Assembly (NCBI GenBank): GCA_016618085.1
Contig: JABLTG010000160.1
Span: 1-43,097 of the forward strand
Length of the DNA: 43,097 bases
Source: Neovahlkampfia damariscottae
Lineage: Eukaryota
Reading direction: 5' to 3'
Shown here: positions 40,844-43,097 of the stretch, piece by piece
Layout of the letters: every line of letters begins with the position of its first letter
How positions within the stretch are numbered: position 1 is the stretch's first letter
Program-made: the position numbers and the translations under genes
Notes under the pieces: model-generated
What the model was told of the DNA's origin: nothing
What the model saw: the letters and a program-made list of their open reading frames with translations, nothing else
Database searches by the model: none

Positions 40844-42224
40844 TTAAAAAAATTTCATTTTACAAGTTTTATCGTATCCATATTCTTCATATTCAGCTTT
40901 TGAAACGCAAAATTTTGATGCTGCAGGTAATCGAGCAAAGAACGCACCACCTTTCCAACAATGAGATATTGGACTGTGAAATTAAATATTAATAAATAAT
41001 CTTACTCATCAGGTGTATGTACAGTCACATTGTATTTTTCTGGAACCAATGGTCTAAGCTCTTCATAAAATCTTTTAGTATCTTCATATTAGTAACATTG
41101 AATAAACTTACAATTTTTAAATAATGTATTTCCTCCAACTAATAATATTGTGTCATAAAGAAGTGATTTTTCAATTGGTGATTGAACACTATCGACACTT
41201 TGAACAACTGATTCTGCAATCCCAGCTTGTTGTAATCCAATATCAGATGGATGAAATAAAATTTCTGGAATAGAAACCTTTTCATTGTTCAAAGTTAGTA
41301 ACTTGGAAATTAGTAAACAAACAAATCAAACTTGTTCATTTGGATTTTTTGGTTCCAATGGATTTTTAACAGCTCCACGAAATCTTGAGACGTAATCAGG
41401 TAAAATGTAACTAGATGGATTATAATGGTCAATTTCATTTTTAAAATCCATTGAAACATGACACATATCTTCTTTAATTTGATTAATTAACCAAGTTTCA
41501 TCCATCATATTATAATATCTAATGTTTAGTTCAAATGTTAAAATACCTATAAGAAATGATTTCTCTAAGATAATTTGTCAATAATTTTCCACCAACATTA
41601 ACTCTTTTAATGGATTCACTTAATAATTTTCGATCAACAATTGGAAGTACATGTGAAAATGAAAATCCAGAATCAATAATTAATGCACTTTGTGATTTTG
41701 CAATATTTGATTGAGGATTGGATGATGAATATTGTAATAAATTCCATTGGATTGAAGTAGAACAACAATATTCAGAAAAACCATAAGTTTCAAAAACTAT
41801 TTGTGATGTATCTCTTTTTAATGCATGTGGATTATTTGGTGGTTCAGATAAAAATAATGAAGCATTAGAATATCCTCCTTTTTCTAAAATTTTCAATTCA
41901 CTTTCAAATACGTTTGTCCAAACTTCAATTTGTGCTTCAAAATCAACCAAATATCCCTTTTTCTTGTTATTTTTTTTAATTTTTTACTTTTTGTAAAGGT
42001 CTTCTTAGAACTAGAGATTCAAAACTTGGACAGTTTCTATCAATTTGACTTCCAACGTACTGTTCTTTTTTTGTATTTTTAGCTATTACATTAGGTATCA
42101 CTCTTTTTAAAATGAATTTTGTTTTATTTTACCTTGGTATTTTATCTGTAGAAAATCCAGCTTTTATATTTCCTCCACCATTGTCCACCACAATTTTCAA
42201 CTTGCTGTTCGTGCCCAACATCAT
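40844..42224 (-). CDS. ARP6: Actin-related protein 6 (multi-exon)
   Basis: VVDNGG..IKAG, DSGFSFSHV, NVGGKLLTNYLREIISYR, MMDET, YILPDY and PEILFHPSDIG. Confidence 0.92.
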
Positions 42225-42356
42225 TTTGAAGAATGATTTGATTGGACAACAATAAAATAAAAAAACGGCCAATGAATTGATGGTTATTGTGATAAAAGTG
42301 GCCAATTAGATTTAATTTTGCCAGTTATTTTTAGAATTTTTACTTGAAGTTGTTCA

Positions 42357-42386
42357 AGTTGAACAAAAAAGACCTTTTGTTCAACT
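42357..42386. repeat. Perfect 12-bp-stem hairpin in the element's leader
   Basis: AGTTGAACAAAA-aagacc-TTTTGTTCAACT. Confidence 0.9.
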
Positions 42387-42419
42387 AGAAAATACTGAAA
42401 AAGATCTCAAGTATTTAAA

Positions 42420-42548
42420 ATGTCCAAACAGCTCAAATTGGATTCATTTTGGAAAGAAAAAAATGTTACTTCAACATCAACAACAGAAGTGATAAAAAAG
42501 AGAAAACTTGAAGAACAAAAAGTTCAACAAAAGAAACAGGAAATATGA
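42420..42548 (+). CDS. 42-aa PIP-box/NLS upstream ORF of the element, copy 2
   Basis: First ATG after the leader hairpin, in AAAATG context. Contains QLKLDSFW and KKRK. Stop overlaps the next start (ATGA). Confidence 0.55.
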   Translation: MSKQLKLDSFWKEKNVTSTSTTEVIKKRKLEEQKVQQKKQEI

Positions 42549-43097
42549 AATCAACATATAAACAAGGAAAAGATTCGTATCCTTTTTGGTGGACTAAAGA
42601 AAAAGAAGACATGCTACAAGTGAAAAGTATACCTCCAAGTACTTCTTCAGTTGACAAGAATATTTGTTGGACAAAAAAGTTGGTAGAACAATCTTCATTA
42701 ACAGAAGGTGTTTTATTTTCATCAAAAGATGTTCCAAAAGAAAACAAACAAGTTTCATATAAAACTGGTTTATCAAAAAAACAACTTGATACAGATGAAA
42801 TTATTCAATCAAGAAAAATTCTTTTAAAACCAACAAGTGAACAAAAGAAAAAAATCAAGAATGGATGAGAATTACTCGATTCGTTTACAATTTAACTCAT
42901 CATTTTGTTGAAGATCTTGGATATGATGCAAATTTTATTTTATTGAAAAAGAAAATTTTAAATGCAGATAAGAATCCAGAATCTTCAAAATACCCTTGGT
43001 TGTTCAATAGAAAATTGAAAAAAATACCACGAGATGCTTTAGATTATGCTATTCAGCAATATGTCTGTAATGTTCACAGTTCAACAGAAATGCTGAA
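42545..43097 (+). pseudogene. Fanzor2/TnpB-like RNA-guided nuclease, N-terminal part, with 1-nt frameshift at ~42857
   Basis: Joined frames give IQSRKILLKPTSEQKKKI/EWMRITRFVYNLT...KYPWLF...IPRDALDYAIQQYVCN. This is the TnpB K..L.PT.EQ...W....RFVYN and YPWL..P...L..A pattern. The second frame is open to the window end. Confidence 0.8.

Larger units (their letters stand above)
42274..43097 (+). mobile_element. Fanzor2/TnpB-like element, copy 2 (5' portion, truncated by window end)
   Basis: Repeated at window start with a sharp boundary. Intronless TnpB-like coding sequence. Confidence 0.85.

Noticed and set aside
42494..42511. A_AAA_AAG slippery heptamer in the uORF as a -1 frameshift fusing it to the nuclease
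   Set aside because: The -1 frame hits TGA at 42509-42511 before reaching the nuclease ORF.

Overview
Very AT-rich, extremely gene-dense eukaryotic (protist) nuclear DNA. It has ~32 protein-coding genes, tiny ~25-45 nt GT-AG introns, mostly very short intergenic gaps and CCAAT-type promoter motifs. Gene content (TSET subunit, Ntox11-like toxin, PPR proteins, F-box-Ras fusion) suggests a heterolobosean amoeba; this is inference only. Recognisable genes include an Eaf7-like gene, a TTL-family ligase, GAR1, XRCC1, RPS30, an LRR-phosphatase, a secreted protease, TWD40/TTRAY, CWC25, a RhoGEF, TFB1M, EngB, RecQ and ARP6. The standout: both window ends carry the 5' end of the same mobile element in inverted orientation (1-366 minus; 42274-end plus). 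The right copy, read through a 1-nt frameshift that the ORF track misses, encodes the N-terminal part of a TnpB-family (Fanzor2-like) RNA-guided nuclease. In both copies it is preceded by a 42-aa ORF with a PCNA-binding PIP-box and an NLS-like motif, joined to the nuclease ORF by an ATGA stop/start overlap. The RuvC domain and omega-RNA lie outside the window. All family calls are from motif recognition, not database searches.
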